Assembly: GCA_045616485.1 (NCBI GenBank)
Contig: JAZLGU010000044.1
Location: 897 to 64,896 of the forward strand
Source: Lachnospiraceae bacterium
GTDB taxonomy: Bacteria > Bacillota > Clostridia > Lachnospirales > Lachnospiraceae
Direction: 5' to 3'
Length of the DNA stretch: 64,000 nucleotides
Both the position numbers and the translations under genes were made by a program. Position 1 is the stretch's first letter. Each line of letters opens with the position of its first letter. The notes under the pieces were generated by a model. That model made no database searches. It was not told where the DNA came from and saw nothing but the letters and a program-made list of their open reading frames with translations. Positions 15,801 to 26,082 of this stretch are shown one piece after another.

Positions 15801-18464
15801 TTATTTATTTCTCTTTTTTACAATTGCAGGAAGAAATGCAAATACCACAGCAATTACTATGATACATACCACAATAATAATGGTATTAAATAAGCCGGAG
15901 TTTTCAGGCTCCACAGCCCCGCCATCAGGTGCCGGTACTGTAGTAGGGCCATCGGTACCATTTGTAGGCGCCGGAGTAGCAGTAGGTACAGGAGTATCTG
16001 TAGGAGTAGGTGTCGGTAAAGGAAGGACTTCCAGTATCTCGTATACATCTGTGTCACAGTCTGCACAGTGTCCCTTTCCCAAGCCCTCTGTAGTATATGT
16101 AGGCTCAATGATATTTTCCCATTTTGTTACATTGTGCTTTTTAAGAGAATATACAGCATATGTGTAGGTCTTACATTCATCACACATGTATTCTGTTTTA
16201 ACAGGACCACAGGCAGCAGTGTCATTTTCATTAGCTACAGGAGAGAATTTGTTTCCACTGCACTCATGAGGCAGGAGATCTTTATCAAATTCCTTTACTT
16301 CTTCTGACTTAAAGCTGGTAGTGTTGCTCTCTACAGTAGTGTATTTCTTACTGAGATTTTCACCTATTGTATCCTTGCAGTAAGCTCTGCGGTCTTTATT
16401 ATCCTCGAAAAATCTGATAAAGCCGTTAACAGTATTGTTTTTAATAGTACCCTTGGTAGTAGATCCATCATAATTAAAGTACATACCAACGATACCGCCG
16501 TCATGAACATAGCCATGATCTGAAGTATAGCCTTTAATATTAACCTTGGTATTAGTTACATTGATATAGCCCGTAGCCAGGACACCGCCGGTAAACTGTT
16601 CGTCTTTATTGACTGCATCTTTGTCGATATTAACCAGAGTAACATCTATTTCACATCCGTCTACAGTAGTCTTATTGGCAAAGCCTATAAGACCTGCCAC
16701 ACCAAACATTTTACCTGTAACCTTAAGGGTAACATCGCCTGTAACAGTACAATTTGTAATAACTGTATCGGTAGCATAGCCGCAGAGACCTGCTGCAAAA
16801 ACATCAGCCTCCACATCCAGATCAACATTCACGCCAAGTAAAGACAAATCATGGATATTACCGTGTCTTACTGCTGCAAAAAGTCCTGCAAATCTTGTAT
16901 CATAAGACTTTTTATTGCCGTCGTATGTCAGGGCAGAAGTATCAGATATCTCTGTAATCTTAAGATTGATAAGGGCATGTCCGTTACCGTCTAAAGTACC
17001 GTAGAAGTCAAAGGGCTTCCAGTCTATGCCTGTCATATCGATATCACGCATAAGAATAAACTTGCCGTAGCAGTCTTTCTCCATAAGGCGAAGGTCATCA
17101 ACTGTATAAATAGGGGTATAGTCAGCTTCAGTGCCTGTTTTTGATACAGAAGCTTTTGCTCTTAATGCATCAATAGCTGTATAGTCAATGTTTTCCAGTA
17201 AATCATTGTGATTTTTATCCACGCCTACAGTAGAGTAGATAAGTCCGAATTTGGAATTGTTGTACTGACCGTAGTCATCTACTGAATAATAGCCCTGCTG
17301 GGACTGGTGGCAAAGGAAAGCCTGTCTGGCAATCTGAATAGCTGTTTTTCCATCACGGGAAGCTATAGGCTGACGTAAATCCAGAGTAAGCTCATTTTCC
17401 TTATCCAGATGTCTGTAAAGCTTCGGCACCTCCCAAGTACCGTAAAGCGCAGCGCTTTCAGGATTGATAGTAGCTATGGCTGTTTTTGTAACAGCTTCTA
17501 CGGTAGCTGCAGAAGAGAGTCTGTGCTGACCGTGACCATACTCACCATTTTTATCGTGAATAACTACAGCAAGAGGATGACACTGTCTTATGGTATCTAT
17601 CATAAAGGATACGGAGTCATCCATGGAAATACCGTTTGCTATGGCTTCATTTAAGGAAGTAGAGTATTTATCCTTAAAATTGCTGAGAATAGGGTAATTG
17701 GTCATGCCGGCTACCCACATACCATTCAGCTTTTCATGCTCACGCTGTCTGTTGCCCCAGTGCTGGATAAAATAAGCCAGCTGGACTTTTTTGCCCTGGT
17801 CTATGTAAATAGGGTAGATGCCACCAAAGAAAATATATTCGTCATCTGCATGGGTGGAAACTACCAGAATATCTGCATCAGTAAGAGGTGGCTGCCATAC
17901 CTGTACCCAGCCCGGAATATTCTCATCAGGGAAAGCGTATATATCTGCTATGCTCATGCCGCCTTTATAGATACCCCAGGTATCTGCTCCCAGAGAAGCA
18001 CTGTCAGGCATAATAAGAGTCAGCTCCGTAGCAGCTTCAGGCAATACTATATACTCGTGTAAAAAGCCGTTTTTACCGTAGGTGTAGGTATTATCACCTA
18101 TCTTCATGGTCCATTCAGCTACAGGGCAATCCCATAAAATATAAATGGAATACATGGGAGTCTCACTTTTTACCACGATTTCGGTACCTTTTTTAAGGCT
18201 TATGGCTGTCTTAAAATTCTCATCGTGAATCTTTTTGGCACTGGTACCATCAGAAATCTTTAAGTCAAGCGGCAAAACATTGTGGCAAAGAGAGCCTTCG
18301 TAGAGGTCACGGCCTGCATCTCTGTTTTCTTCCACATTTTTGTCGATAGGCCATGCCTCAGCCTGAGACTTTTCAGGTCTATTAAAAATCCCAAAAACAA
18401 ATGTGATGGATAGAAGAAGAGTAATAGAAATAAGAATCTTCTTTCTTAAACTGACTTTTTTCAT
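15801..18464 (-). CDS. cell-surface protein: PIG-L/LmbE-type deacetylase domain, GLUG-like repeats, Cys-pair module, Pro/Thr linker and C-terminal TM anchor
   Basis: Signal/TM helix at the N-terminus; VVSTHADDEYIFFGG (PIG-L HxDD); GLFAAV/GLCGYA/GLIGFA GLUG-like repeats; CDECK...CADCD pairs; PLPTPTPTDTPVPTATPAPT linker; hydrophobic tail followed by KKRNK. Confidence 0.65.
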   Translation of the reverse strand: MKKVSLRKKILISITLLLSITFVFGIFNRPEKSQAEAWPIDKNVEENRDAGRDLYEGSLCHNVLPLDLKISDGTSAKKIHDENFKTAISLKKGTEIVVKSETPMYSIYILWDCPVAEWTMKIGDNTYTYGKNGFLHEYIVLPEAATELTLIMPDSASLGADTWGIYKGGMSIADIYAFPDENIPGWVQVWQPPLTDADILVVSTHADDEYIFFGGIYPIYIDQGKKVQLAYFIQHWGNRQREHEKLNGMWVAGMTNYPILSNFKDKYSTSLNEAIANGISMDDSVSFMIDTIRQCHPLAVVIHDKNGEYGHGQHRLSSAATVEAVTKTAIATINPESAALYGTWEVPKLYRHLDKENELTLDLRQPIASRDGKTAIQIARQAFLCHQSQQGYYSVDDYGQYNNSKFGLIYSTVGVDKNHNDLLENIDYTAIDALRAKASVSKTGTEADYTPIYTVDDLRLMEKDCYGKFILMRDIDMTGIDWKPFDFYGTLDGNGHALINLKITEISDTSALTYDGNKKSYDTRFAGLFAAVRHGNIHDLSLLGVNVDLDVEADVFAAGLCGYATDTVITNCTVTGDVTLKVTGKMFGVAGLIGFANKTTVDGCEIDVTLVNIDKDAVNKDEQFTGGVLATGYINVTNTKVNIKGYTSDHGYVHDGGIVGMYFNYDGSTTKGTIKNNTVNGFIRFFEDNKDRRAYCKDTIGENLSKKYTTVESNTTSFKSEEVKEFDKDLLPHECSGNKFSPVANENDTAACGPVKTEYMCDECKTYTYAVYSLKKHNVTKWENIIEPTYTTEGLGKGHCADCDTDVYEILEVLPLPTPTPTDTPVPTATPAPTNGTDGPTTVPAPDGGAVEPENSGLFNTIIIVVCIIVIAVVFAFLPAIVKKRNK

Positions 18465-18473
18465 AAAAATCTC

Positions 18474-19313
18474 CTAATTAAACATGCTATCTGTATATTC
18501 CTCAATAAAGTCATCCAGCATCCTGGAGGAAGCTTCAGGGAAAACAGAGGCCATGTATTTTTTAATTTCTTCCTGCACCTGTATGTATCTAAGCTCAGGT
18601 GTAGTATCGCTATCCTCCATCATCTCTGCAAATGTGAGAGGAGGGTATTTTTCATTAAGCTCAGCCTTAATCTTATTGATAAGGTCCTCTTCGCCGGCTA
18701 CTTCTTTGGAAAGGGATCTGGACCTGATAACAGAAGCGATACCACCCACAACACAGGCGATACCCAGCACCAGCATAACTATCTGGGAAATACGGGCCGG
18801 GAAAATGTTAAGCTTTTCCATATAATTCAGAATACTAACCACTACCAGCACTATACCCATGATAATAAATAAAATACCGGAAGACTTATAGTCATTAGTC
18901 CTGTCTTTTACGCTGACATAAGCCTTCTCAGGCTCCTTGTAGGCTTCGACTTCTTCCTCCTCGGAATCTTCTGTAAAATCATCTTCAACAGTCTCATCAC
19001 TAGCCTCAACAGCCTGTGCCTTGTTATCATGGTAAACCTTAATAACAGTAGCAGCTTCCATTTTAGCCTTTTTAAGCTCTTTTTCAGCTACATTAAAAAT
19101 AAGCTCGGCAGTCTCTTCATCAGTCAGAATATCATACTTAAGACCGATATGCCGGAAGTACCTGCCTACTTCATTTACCATAGTCTCGTCTTCTGAGCGG
19201 AAAAGCTCAGTCCAGTCAATAAGCTCAGTCAGCTCAGCAACCAGCTCCACATGGCACTCCGGGCAAATCTCTATACCCTTACGGTATTCGTTTTTACAAT
19301 TTGGACAATACAT
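18474..19313 (-). CDS. hypothetical zinc-ribbon / acidic / two-TM protein
   Basis: N-terminal CPNC...CPEC zinc ribbon, an acidic stretch, and two hydrophobic helices. It lies 9 nt upstream of the surface-protein gene, so the two probably form an operon. Confidence 0.5.
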   Translation of the reverse strand: MYCPNCKNEYRKGIEICPECHVELVAELTELIDWTELFRSEDETMVNEVGRYFRHIGLKYDILTDEETAELIFNVAEKELKKAKMEAATVIKVYHDNKAQAVEASDETVEDDFTEDSEEEEVEAYKEPEKAYVSVKDRTNDYKSSGILFIIMGIVLVVVSILNYMEKLNIFPARISQIVMLVLGIACVVGGIASVIRSRSLSKEVAGEEDLINKIKAELNEKYPPLTFAEMMEDSDTTPELRYIQVQEEIKKYMASVFPEASSRMLDDFIEEYTDSMFN

Positions 19314-19468
19314 ACAAACCTCTACAAATTTATAGTTTATTAATTATTTATTATAGTGAAATTTCACAGTCTTTTCAACAACTACTTTTTCTTTAGAAAG
19401 GGATATGATACAATAATTCTGTTAGGCATTTATGTTGAAAAATGAGTTATATGGGAGAAAAATATTAC

Positions 19469-21358
19469 ATGAGACATACAGCATTATCTGATGAGATTCT
19501 TTTAAATATCGAGAAGCCGGTGCGTTATATCGGTGGCGAGGTCAATTCCATCATGAAGGACAAGAGCCAGGTAGACGTACGTTTTTGTATGTGTTTCCCT
19601 GATGTCTACGAGATAGGCATGAGTCATCTGGGCATTCAGATTCTCTATGATATGTTTAATAAATTTGAGGGCGTATGGTGCGAAAGAGTGTATTCACCAT
19701 GGCCCGACCTGGACAAAATCATGCGTGAAAAGCACATTCCGCTTTTTGCCCTGGAGTCCCAGGAGCCTATTAAAAATTTCGACTTTTTAGGTATAACACT
19801 TCAGTATGAAATGTGTTACACCAACATTTTACAGGTGCTGGAGCTGTCCGGCATACCTCTTTTTGCTGTGGACAGAACAGAAGACGACCCTATTGTTATT
19901 GGCGGTGGTCCCTGCTCCTACAATCCTGAGCCTATAGCGCCATTCTTTGACTTTTTCTATATGGGTGAGGGCGAGACTGTATATCAGGACATTATTAATG
20001 AATATCGCAGAAATTGTGCTAATGGCGGCAGCAGAAAAGAATTTCTGGAGATGGTAGCTGATATCCCGGGCATGTATGTTCCTCAGTTCTACGATGCTGC
20101 CTACAATGAGGACGGTACTTTAAAGAGCTTTACCCCCAACAATCCTCATGCCAAGCCAAAGATCCGTAAGCAGGTAGAGATGCAGCTGGATAATACCTAC
20201 TATCCTGATGCCCCTGTAGTGCCTTATCTGCAGGTAGTTCAGGATAAGGTTACTCTGGAGATCCAGCGCGGCTGTATCAGAGGCTGTCGTTTCTGTCAGG
20301 CCGGTATGCTTTATCGTCCTATAAGAGAGAGAGACATTGATTTCCTCAAGGAACAGGCAGTAAAAATGATTAAAAATACCGGTCATGAGGAGATCACCCT
20401 TTCTTCCCTGTCCTCCAGTGACTATCGTCATCTTCAGGAGCTGGTATACTTTTTAATAGAAAAATTCGGTCCTAAGTATGTTAATATTTCCCTGCCTTCC
20501 TTACGTATTGATGCTTTTGCTCTGGATGTTATGAGCAAGGTCCAGGATATCAATAAGTCTTCCCTTACCTTTGCTCCTGAGGCCGGTTCCCAGCGTCTTC
20601 GTAATGTTATCAATAAGGGACTTACCGAGGAAAACATATTAAATGGTGCCATGGAAGCATTCCGTGGCGGCTGGAACAAGGTAAAGCTTTATTTCATGCT
20701 GGGTCAGCCTACTGAAACAGAAGAAGATATCGAGGCTATTGCCACCCTTTCTGACAAGATTGCCAGAGAGTACTACACTTTATCCAAGGAAGAGCGTAAC
20801 GGAAAAATTGCTATTACCACATCTACCAGCTTTTTTGTACCAAAGCCATTTACTCCTTTCCAGTGGGTCCGCATGAATACTGCTGAGGAATTTGAGGGTA
20901 AGGCCCGTTTCTTAAGCGGCAAGGTAAGAGAGCAGCTGAACGCCCGTTCCATCAAGTACAAATGGCACGATTCCGATCTGACTATACTGGAGGGTATTTT
21001 TGCCCGTGGTGACAGAAGAGTAGCGGATTTACTTTTAAACGTATACAGAAAAGGCTGTATTTTCGACTCCTGGACAGATTATTTTAATCGCGATATCTGG
21101 TATGATACCATTAAAGAAATGAATTTTGATCTGGATTTCTACTGCTTCCGTGAAAGAGGCGAGGATGAGCTTTTCCCATGGGACTTCATCGATGTGGGTG
21201 TTACCCGTAAATTCCTGTGGAGAGAATACCAGAACGGTATTAAGGAAGTGGTTACTCCCAACTGTCGTAAGAAATGTGCAGGCTGTGGAGCATATTCTTT
21301 CCACGGTGGCGTTTGCTATGAGAGCGCTGAAGCAAGTCACGGAGAGGGAGAGGAATAG
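19469..21358 (+). CDS. B12-binding-domain radical SAM protein, TIGR03960-like
   Basis: EIQRGCIRGCRFCQAG radical SAM cluster motif and EKPVRYIGGEVNS N-terminus. The ORF opens at 19442, but the ATG at 19469, preceded by GGGAGA, is the likelier start. Paired with a TIGR03936-like gene. Confidence 0.8.
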   Translation: MRHTALSDEILLNIEKPVRYIGGEVNSIMKDKSQVDVRFCMCFPDVYEIGMSHLGIQILYDMFNKFEGVWCERVYSPWPDLDKIMREKHIPLFALESQEPIKNFDFLGITLQYEMCYTNILQVLELSGIPLFAVDRTEDDPIVIGGGPCSYNPEPIAPFFDFFYMGEGETVYQDIINEYRRNCANGGSRKEFLEMVADIPGMYVPQFYDAAYNEDGTLKSFTPNNPHAKPKIRKQVEMQLDNTYYPDAPVVPYLQVVQDKVTLEIQRGCIRGCRFCQAGMLYRPIRERDIDFLKEQAVKMIKNTGHEEITLSSLSSSDYRHLQELVYFLIEKFGPKYVNISLPSLRIDAFALDVMSKVQDINKSSLTFAPEAGSQRLRNVINKGLTEENILNGAMEAFRGGWNKVKLYFMLGQPTETEEDIEAIATLSDKIAREYYTLSKEERNGKIAITTSTSFFVPKPFTPFQWVRMNTAEEFEGKARFLSGKVREQLNARSIKYKWHDSDLTILEGIFARGDRRVADLLLNVYRKGCIFDSWTDYFNRDIWYDTIKEMNFDLDFYCFRERGEDELFPWDFIDVGVTRKFLWREYQNGIKEVVTPNCRKKCAGCGAYSFHGGVCYESAEASHGEGEE

Positions 21359-21360
21359 AC

Positions 21361-22125
21361 ATGACAATTAGAATTAAATTTGCCAAATATGGCTCCTTAA
21401 AATTTTTATCCCATCTGGATACCATGAGATTTTTCCAGAAGGCTATAAGACGTGCTGAGCTGGATGTAGCATATTCCAGCGGTTTCCATCCCCATCAGAT
21501 TATGTCCTTTGCTGCTCCTCTTGGCGTAGGTCAGACCAGCGAAGGAGAGTATTTTGACGTAGATCTCAACTCCTACGAGAGTTTAGACCAGGTGTTTTCC
21601 GCTTTGGATAAAGAGATGACTGACGGCTTTAAGATTCTTGGTGTATATCTTATGCCACCTACACCCCCTCAGACCAGAAAAGAGTCTGTTATGGCCCTGG
21701 TGCGCCAGTCGGACTACCTGGTACTGCGTAAGGATCCCCAGGCCGGCTCTGAATTTTCCAAGTATACCAACGAAGAAGTATACGAAGCCATTCGTGAATT
21801 CGTAAAGCTGCCTGAGATTATTACCAGCAAGACCTCCAAAGCCGGAGAAATTGATGTAAATATCGCCCCACTCATTCTGGACTTTAAGGAAAATGCTCCT
21901 ACTACAGAGTATTCCGGTCAGTACGAAAATGGCATGTGTTTTTATCTGATGCTGTCAGCAGGTCTGGAACACCTGCGCCCTGAGCTTTTCATGAAGGCTC
22001 TTTATGACTGGAAGGGCTGGGATTTTTCCCCTTATGAGTATCAGGTCCACAGACTGGAAGTATACACGGAAAAAAATGATGAAATGATTCCTATATGCGA
22101 TTTCCATAAGGATTATTTAGGATAA
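21361..22125 (+). CDS. TIGR03936/DUF2344-family radical-SAM-associated protein
   Basis: KFAKYGSLKFLSHLDTMRFFQKAIRRA signature; conserved pairing with the upstream radical SAM gene and downstream RNase G. Confidence 0.75.
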   Translation: MTIRIKFAKYGSLKFLSHLDTMRFFQKAIRRAELDVAYSSGFHPHQIMSFAAPLGVGQTSEGEYFDVDLNSYESLDQVFSALDKEMTDGFKILGVYLMPPTPPQTRKESVMALVRQSDYLVLRKDPQAGSEFSKYTNEEVYEAIREFVKLPEIITSKTSKAGEIDVNIAPLILDFKENAPTTEYSGQYENGMCFYLMLSAGLEHLRPELFMKALYDWKGWDFSPYEYQVHRLEVYTEKNDEMIPICDFHKDYLG

Positions 22126-22127
22126 TA

Positions 22128-23300
22128 ATGGCTGATTTTATTATAACCCGAAAAAAGAATAAACTTCTGACCGGGGCTTTTATTGAGGACCGTCTCACAG
22201 ACCTTAGGGCTTACGATGAGGCCTCCGGCTACAGAGTAGGCGACATTTACGTAGGCCGCATATCCAATATTGTTAAAAATATCAATGCGGCTTTTGTAAA
22301 TATCAGTAAGGATCTGGAATGCTATCTTGATCTTTCCGCTTGCTCCAATGCTGTTTTTGTAAAAAAGCAGAGCCCTAAAAAAATCTCCATGGGAGACGAG
22401 CTTATAGTAGCTATCGAAAAGGAAGGCATTAAGACTAAGGCTCCCGTAGTTACCACAAGCTTTTCTCTCTCTGGCAAGTATGTGAGCATCTGTCACGGAA
22501 GTAAGGGTGTTCATGTATCCAAGAAAATAACTGGTAAAGCAGAAAAAGACAGGCTTACGGATATTTTTGCAGATTACGACTTATGTGACGCAGGTATTAT
22601 TATAAGGACCAATGCCAGTGGAATTGATGCAGAAATCATCAAAAAAGAAGCCGACACGCAGCTTGCTTTTTACAAGGAATTATGTGATAAAGCCCCTTAT
22701 TACACTCCGTTTACCCTTATTAAAAAGTCTGATCCTGAGTATATTCTGGCTATTAGAGACACCAATACCTATAAGATAGATAAAATAGTTACAGACTGCA
22801 AGGATATAAAAGAAGATCTTAAAGCATTTGATATCACTGACAAGCCTGAAATATCCTTTTTGTCGGAAGTAGAACTTAATACTATCTATAAAGTTGACAG
22901 GCATATCAATATGGCCCTTCGGAAAATTGTACTTTTAAAGTCCGGTGCCTCACTTTATATAGAGCAGACTGAAAGCCTGACAGCCATTGACGTAAATACA
23001 GGTAAGGCCATAGCCGGTAAAAACAATATCCAGGAGACCTTTTTCAAGATTAATATGGAAGCCTGCAAAGAAATTGCCTTTCAAATGAGAGCCAGAAATC
23101 TTTCGGGTATCATTATAGTGGATTTTATTAACATGGAAGATGACGCCATGAAAGATAAGCTGCTGCAGACTTTAAGAGAGGAATTTAAAAAGGATCCGGT
23201 AAAGGCTGAAGTAGTGGATATTACCAAGCTGGGCCTGGTGGAAATCACCAGAAAGAAGGTATTTAAGCCGCTTTCTCAGCAGTTAGGTGAGAATTTTTAA
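22128..23300 (+). CDS. rng: Rne/Rng-family ribonuclease (RNase G-like)
   Basis: S1-like GDIYVGRISNIV; TAIDVNTGK; IIIVDFINM catalytic-region motifs. Confidence 0.8.
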   Translation: MADFIITRKKNKLLTGAFIEDRLTDLRAYDEASGYRVGDIYVGRISNIVKNINAAFVNISKDLECYLDLSACSNAVFVKKQSPKKISMGDELIVAIEKEGIKTKAPVVTTSFSLSGKYVSICHGSKGVHVSKKITGKAEKDRLTDIFADYDLCDAGIIIRTNASGIDAEIIKKEADTQLAFYKELCDKAPYYTPFTLIKKSDPEYILAIRDTNTYKIDKIVTDCKDIKEDLKAFDITDKPEISFLSEVELNTIYKVDRHINMALRKIVLLKSGASLYIEQTESLTAIDVNTGKAIAGKNNIQETFFKINMEACKEIAFQMRARNLSGIIIVDFINMEDDAMKDKLLQTLREEFKKDPVKAEVVDITKLGLVEITRKKVFKPLSQQLGENF

Positions 23301-23317
23301 TATTTTTCAAAAATGTG

Positions 23318-23346
23318 TTGACAATAGACTTGATTTATGGTTTAAT
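23318..23346 (+). promoter_or_regulatory. sigma-A promoter of the rplU operon (TTGACA - 17 nt - TTTAAT with TGG extended -10)
   Basis: -35 at 23318-23323 and -10 at 23341-23346, hand counted. Confidence 0.6.
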
Positions 23347-23431
23347 ACCAAGGTATGCCGCACAACGAGGTCGAAGTCTGCCCAAAAGCAGCACCATAGT
23401 TGGCGAGTAATGATAAAATGGAGGTGCCAAT
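23347..23431 (+). ncRNA. candidate ribosomal-protein L21 leader (5' UTR regulatory RNA)
   Basis: A leader of about 85 nt lies between the promoter and rplU, at the position where Firmicutes carry the L21 leader. I could not verify the structure by hand. Confidence 0.4.
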
Positions 23432-23740
23432 ATGTACGCTATTATTGCAACAGGCGGTAAGCAGTACAAGGTCACAGAAGGCGATATCATTAATGTAGAA
23501 AAGCTCGGCGTTGAAGCTGGTGCTACTTTCACATTCGATCAGGTTCTTGCTATTAACGACGGAACCATGAAGGTTGGAAATCCTACTGTAGCCGGTGCAA
23601 CCGTTAACGCATCCGTAGTTGGAGACGTTAAGGGTAAGAAGGTTATTGTTTACAAGTATAAGAGAAAGTCCGGCTATCATAAGAAGAACGGCCACAGACA
23701 GAATTATACTCGCGTTAAGATTGAGAAGATCAACGCTTAA
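23432..23740 (+). CDS. rplU: 50S ribosomal protein L21
   Basis: [14 protein letters not shown]... canonical L21. Confidence 0.95.
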   Translation: MYAIIATGGKQYKVTEGDIINVEKLGVEAGATFTFDQVLAINDGTMKVGNPTVAGATVNASVVGDVKGKKVIVYKYKRKSGYHKKNGHRQNYTRVKIEKINA

Positions 23741-23742
23741 TC

Positions 23743-24069
23743 ATGATTAACGTAACAGCGATTTACAATGAAGCAGATGAGGCATGCGGCTTTCGTGTCG
23801 AGGGTCATGCAGGCTATGAGGACGCCGGTAGGGACATAGTATGTGCTGCAGTTTCCGTATTAGCTGAGAACACAGTCAATTCTGTAGAGACATTCACAGA
23901 GGATCACTTCTCCTGTAAGACTGATGAAAAGTCAGGTCTCTTGGAGTTCATCATCACTTCAGACGTATCGAAGGAGAGTAAACTTCTCCTACAATCCTTT
24001 TTCTTAGGGATCAGGACGATTTCCGAAGAATATAACAAGCATGTTAAATTCAAATTTCATGGGAGGTAA
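23743..24069 (+). CDS. prp: ribosomal-processing cysteine protease Prp
   Basis: [18 protein letters not shown] (His/Cys dyad); located between rplU and rpmA. Confidence 0.85.
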   Translation: MINVTAIYNEADEACGFRVEGHAGYEDAGRDIVCAAVSVLAENTVNSVETFTEDHFSCKTDEKSGLLEFIITSDVSKESKLLLQSFFLGIRTISEEYNKHVKFKFHGR

Positions 24070-24359
24070 TGGCAATGTTAAAGATGAACCTTCAGTTATT
24101 TGCTCATAAAAAGGGCGTTGGTTCTACTAAGAACGGCAGAGATTCCGAGTCCAAGAGACTTGGTGCTAAGCGTGCAGATGGTCAGTTCGTTTTAGCCGGC
24201 AATATTCTTTACAGACAGCGTGGCACAAAGATCCATCCTGGTGTAAACGTTGGCCGTGGCGGTGACGATACATTATATGCACTTACTGATGGCGTTTTAA
24301 GATTTGAGAGACTTGGAAGAGACAAGAAGCAGGCTTCTGTTTATCCAGTTGAAGAGTAA
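24069..24359 (+). CDS. rpmA: 50S ribosomal protein L27 (with Prp-cleaved N-terminal extension)
   Basis: [26 protein letters not shown]: a Firmicute-type propeptide followed by the mature AHKKG start. Confidence 0.95.
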   Translation: MAMLKMNLQLFAHKKGVGSTKNGRDSESKRLGAKRADGQFVLAGNILYRQRGTKIHPGVNVGRGGDDTLYALTDGVLRFERLGRDKKQASVYPVEE

Positions 24360-24372
24360 TCAGACGTTACGG

Positions 24373-24402
24373 AGCCCCGAATTGTAAAGTTCGGGGCTTT
24401 TT
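24373..24402 (+). terminator. Rho-independent terminator or attenuator after rpmA
   Basis: AGCCCCGAA / TTCGGGGCT stem followed by TTTTT. Confidence 0.75.
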
Positions 24403-24425
24403 ATTCTAAATCAGAGGAAATATTT

Positions 24426-25715
24426 ATGTTTGCAGATCGTGCAGAAATTTTTATAAAATCAGGCAAAGGCGGCGATGGCTGCGTAGCTTTCAGAAGAGAG
24501 CTTTTCGTAGCTGCAGGTGGTCCTAATGGCGGCGACGGTGGACGTGGCGGCGATGTTATTTTTGAAGTAGATAAGGGCTTAAATACCCTTACTGACTATC
24601 GTTTTGTACGTAAGTATGCGGCAGGTGATGGTGAGAAGGGCGGTCAGAATAACTGTACAGGCGCTGATGGCGCTGATGTTATCCTTAAAGTACCAGAGGG
24701 TACCGTAGTAAAGGATCTGGCCAGCGGTAAGGTTATTTGTGATATGTCCCATGGCAACATGCGTCAGGTAGTCTTAAAGGGCGGCCGCGGCGGTAAGGGC
24801 AATCGTCATTATGCTACAGCTACCATGCAGGTACCTAAATATGCTCAGCCCGGACAGGAAGCTCGTGAATTAAACGTTATTTTAGAGCTTAAGTGTATCG
24901 CTGACGTAGGTCTGGTAGGCTATCCCAATGTAGGTAAGTCCACATTCTTATCCCGTGTTACCAATGCCAAGCCCAAGATCGCAAACTATCATTTCACTAC
25001 ACTGAATCCCAATTTAGGTGTAGTAGACTTAAAGAACGGCGATGGTTTTGTTATCGCTGACATTCCGGGACTTATCGAAGGTGCATCCGAGGGCGTAGGT
25101 CTGGGTCACCAGTTCCTTCGTCATATCGAGAGATGCCGTGTACTTATCCATATTGTAGACGCAGCCTGCACAGAAGGCAGAGATGCAGTACAGGATATCT
25201 ACAATATTACAAAAGAGCTTTCAGAATACAATGATTCCATTAGTAAAAAGCCTTGGGTCATTGCCGCGAATAAGCTGGATGTTCTCTACGGAGAAGAGAA
25301 GGATATCGCTATGGAGCTTATTAAAAACGAATTCGAACCTCAGGGGATTAAGATTTTCCCTATATCTGCAGCTACAGGTGCAGGTATTGATGATCTCCTG
25401 ATGTATGTAAATAAAATGCTTAAAGAGACCAAGGAAGAGCCTATTGTCTTCAAGCAGGAATTCTTCCCTGAGAGCCTGGATCACGATCAGGAGCCTTACT
25501 TCGTAGAATACAATGAAGAAGATGACGTATACGTAGTAGAGGGTCCTCGTATCGAAAAGATGCTGGGTTATACCAATATCGACTCTGAAAAAGGCTTCGA
25601 ATTTTTCCAGAATTTCCTTCGTACCAATGGTATTATAGAAGAGCTGGAAGCCATCGGATGTAAAGACGGTGACACTGTACGTATGTACGGTTGGGACTTT
25701 GATTTTTATAAGTAA
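24426..25715 (+). CDS. obg: GTPase Obg/CgtA
   Basis: Gly-rich Obg fold (GGDGGRGGDV), G1 motif GYPNVGKST, DIPGLIEGA, and a C-terminal OCT-like domain. Confidence 0.95.
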   Translation: MFADRAEIFIKSGKGGDGCVAFRRELFVAAGGPNGGDGGRGGDVIFEVDKGLNTLTDYRFVRKYAAGDGEKGGQNNCTGADGADVILKVPEGTVVKDLASGKVICDMSHGNMRQVVLKGGRGGKGNRHYATATMQVPKYAQPGQEARELNVILELKCIADVGLVGYPNVGKSTFLSRVTNAKPKIANYHFTTLNPNLGVVDLKNGDGFVIADIPGLIEGASEGVGLGHQFLRHIERCRVLIHIVDAACTEGRDAVQDIYNITKELSEYNDSISKKPWVIAANKLDVLYGEEKDIAMELIKNEFEPQGIKIFPISAATGAGIDDLLMYVNKMLKETKEEPIVFKQEFFPESLDHDQEPYFVEYNEEDDVYVVEGPRIEKMLGYTNIDSEKGFEFFQNFLRTNGIIEELEAIGCKDGDTVRMYGWDFDFYK

Positions 25716-25736
25716 TATAAACAGGAGAAAATACAT

Positions 25737-26036
25737 ATGACTTCTAAACAGAGAGCTTATTTAAGAAGCTTATCAGCTACCCTTGTACCTGCTTTTCATA
25801 TCGGTAAGTCCAGTCTTACACCTGAATTTACTGAGGCCATGATAGAGCACCTTATAAAAAATGAGCTGGTAAAAATAGATGTTCTTAAGAATTGTGACGA
25901 CGAGCCTAAGGAAATCGCAGCTATTCTTGCTGACAGAACTCATTCCGAGGTAGTAGCAGTTACAGGTCGTAAGATCGTTCTCTACAAAGAGACAAAAGAT
26001 AAGGACAAGAAGAATAAAATAGAGCTTCCCAGATAA
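25737..26036 (+). CDS. yhbY: YhbY/CRS1-type RNA-binding protein
   Basis: MTSKQRAYLRSLS...IGKSSLT..ELVKI signature, 99 aa. Confidence 0.85.
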   Translation: MTSKQRAYLRSLSATLVPAFHIGKSSLTPEFTEAMIEHLIKNELVKIDVLKNCDDEPKEIAAILADRTHSEVVAVTGRKIVLYKETKDKDKKNKIELPR

Positions 26037-26082
26037 TTGCAGTGATAAGCATTCTTCATTTACTGTGTAAAAGGAGAGGAAA

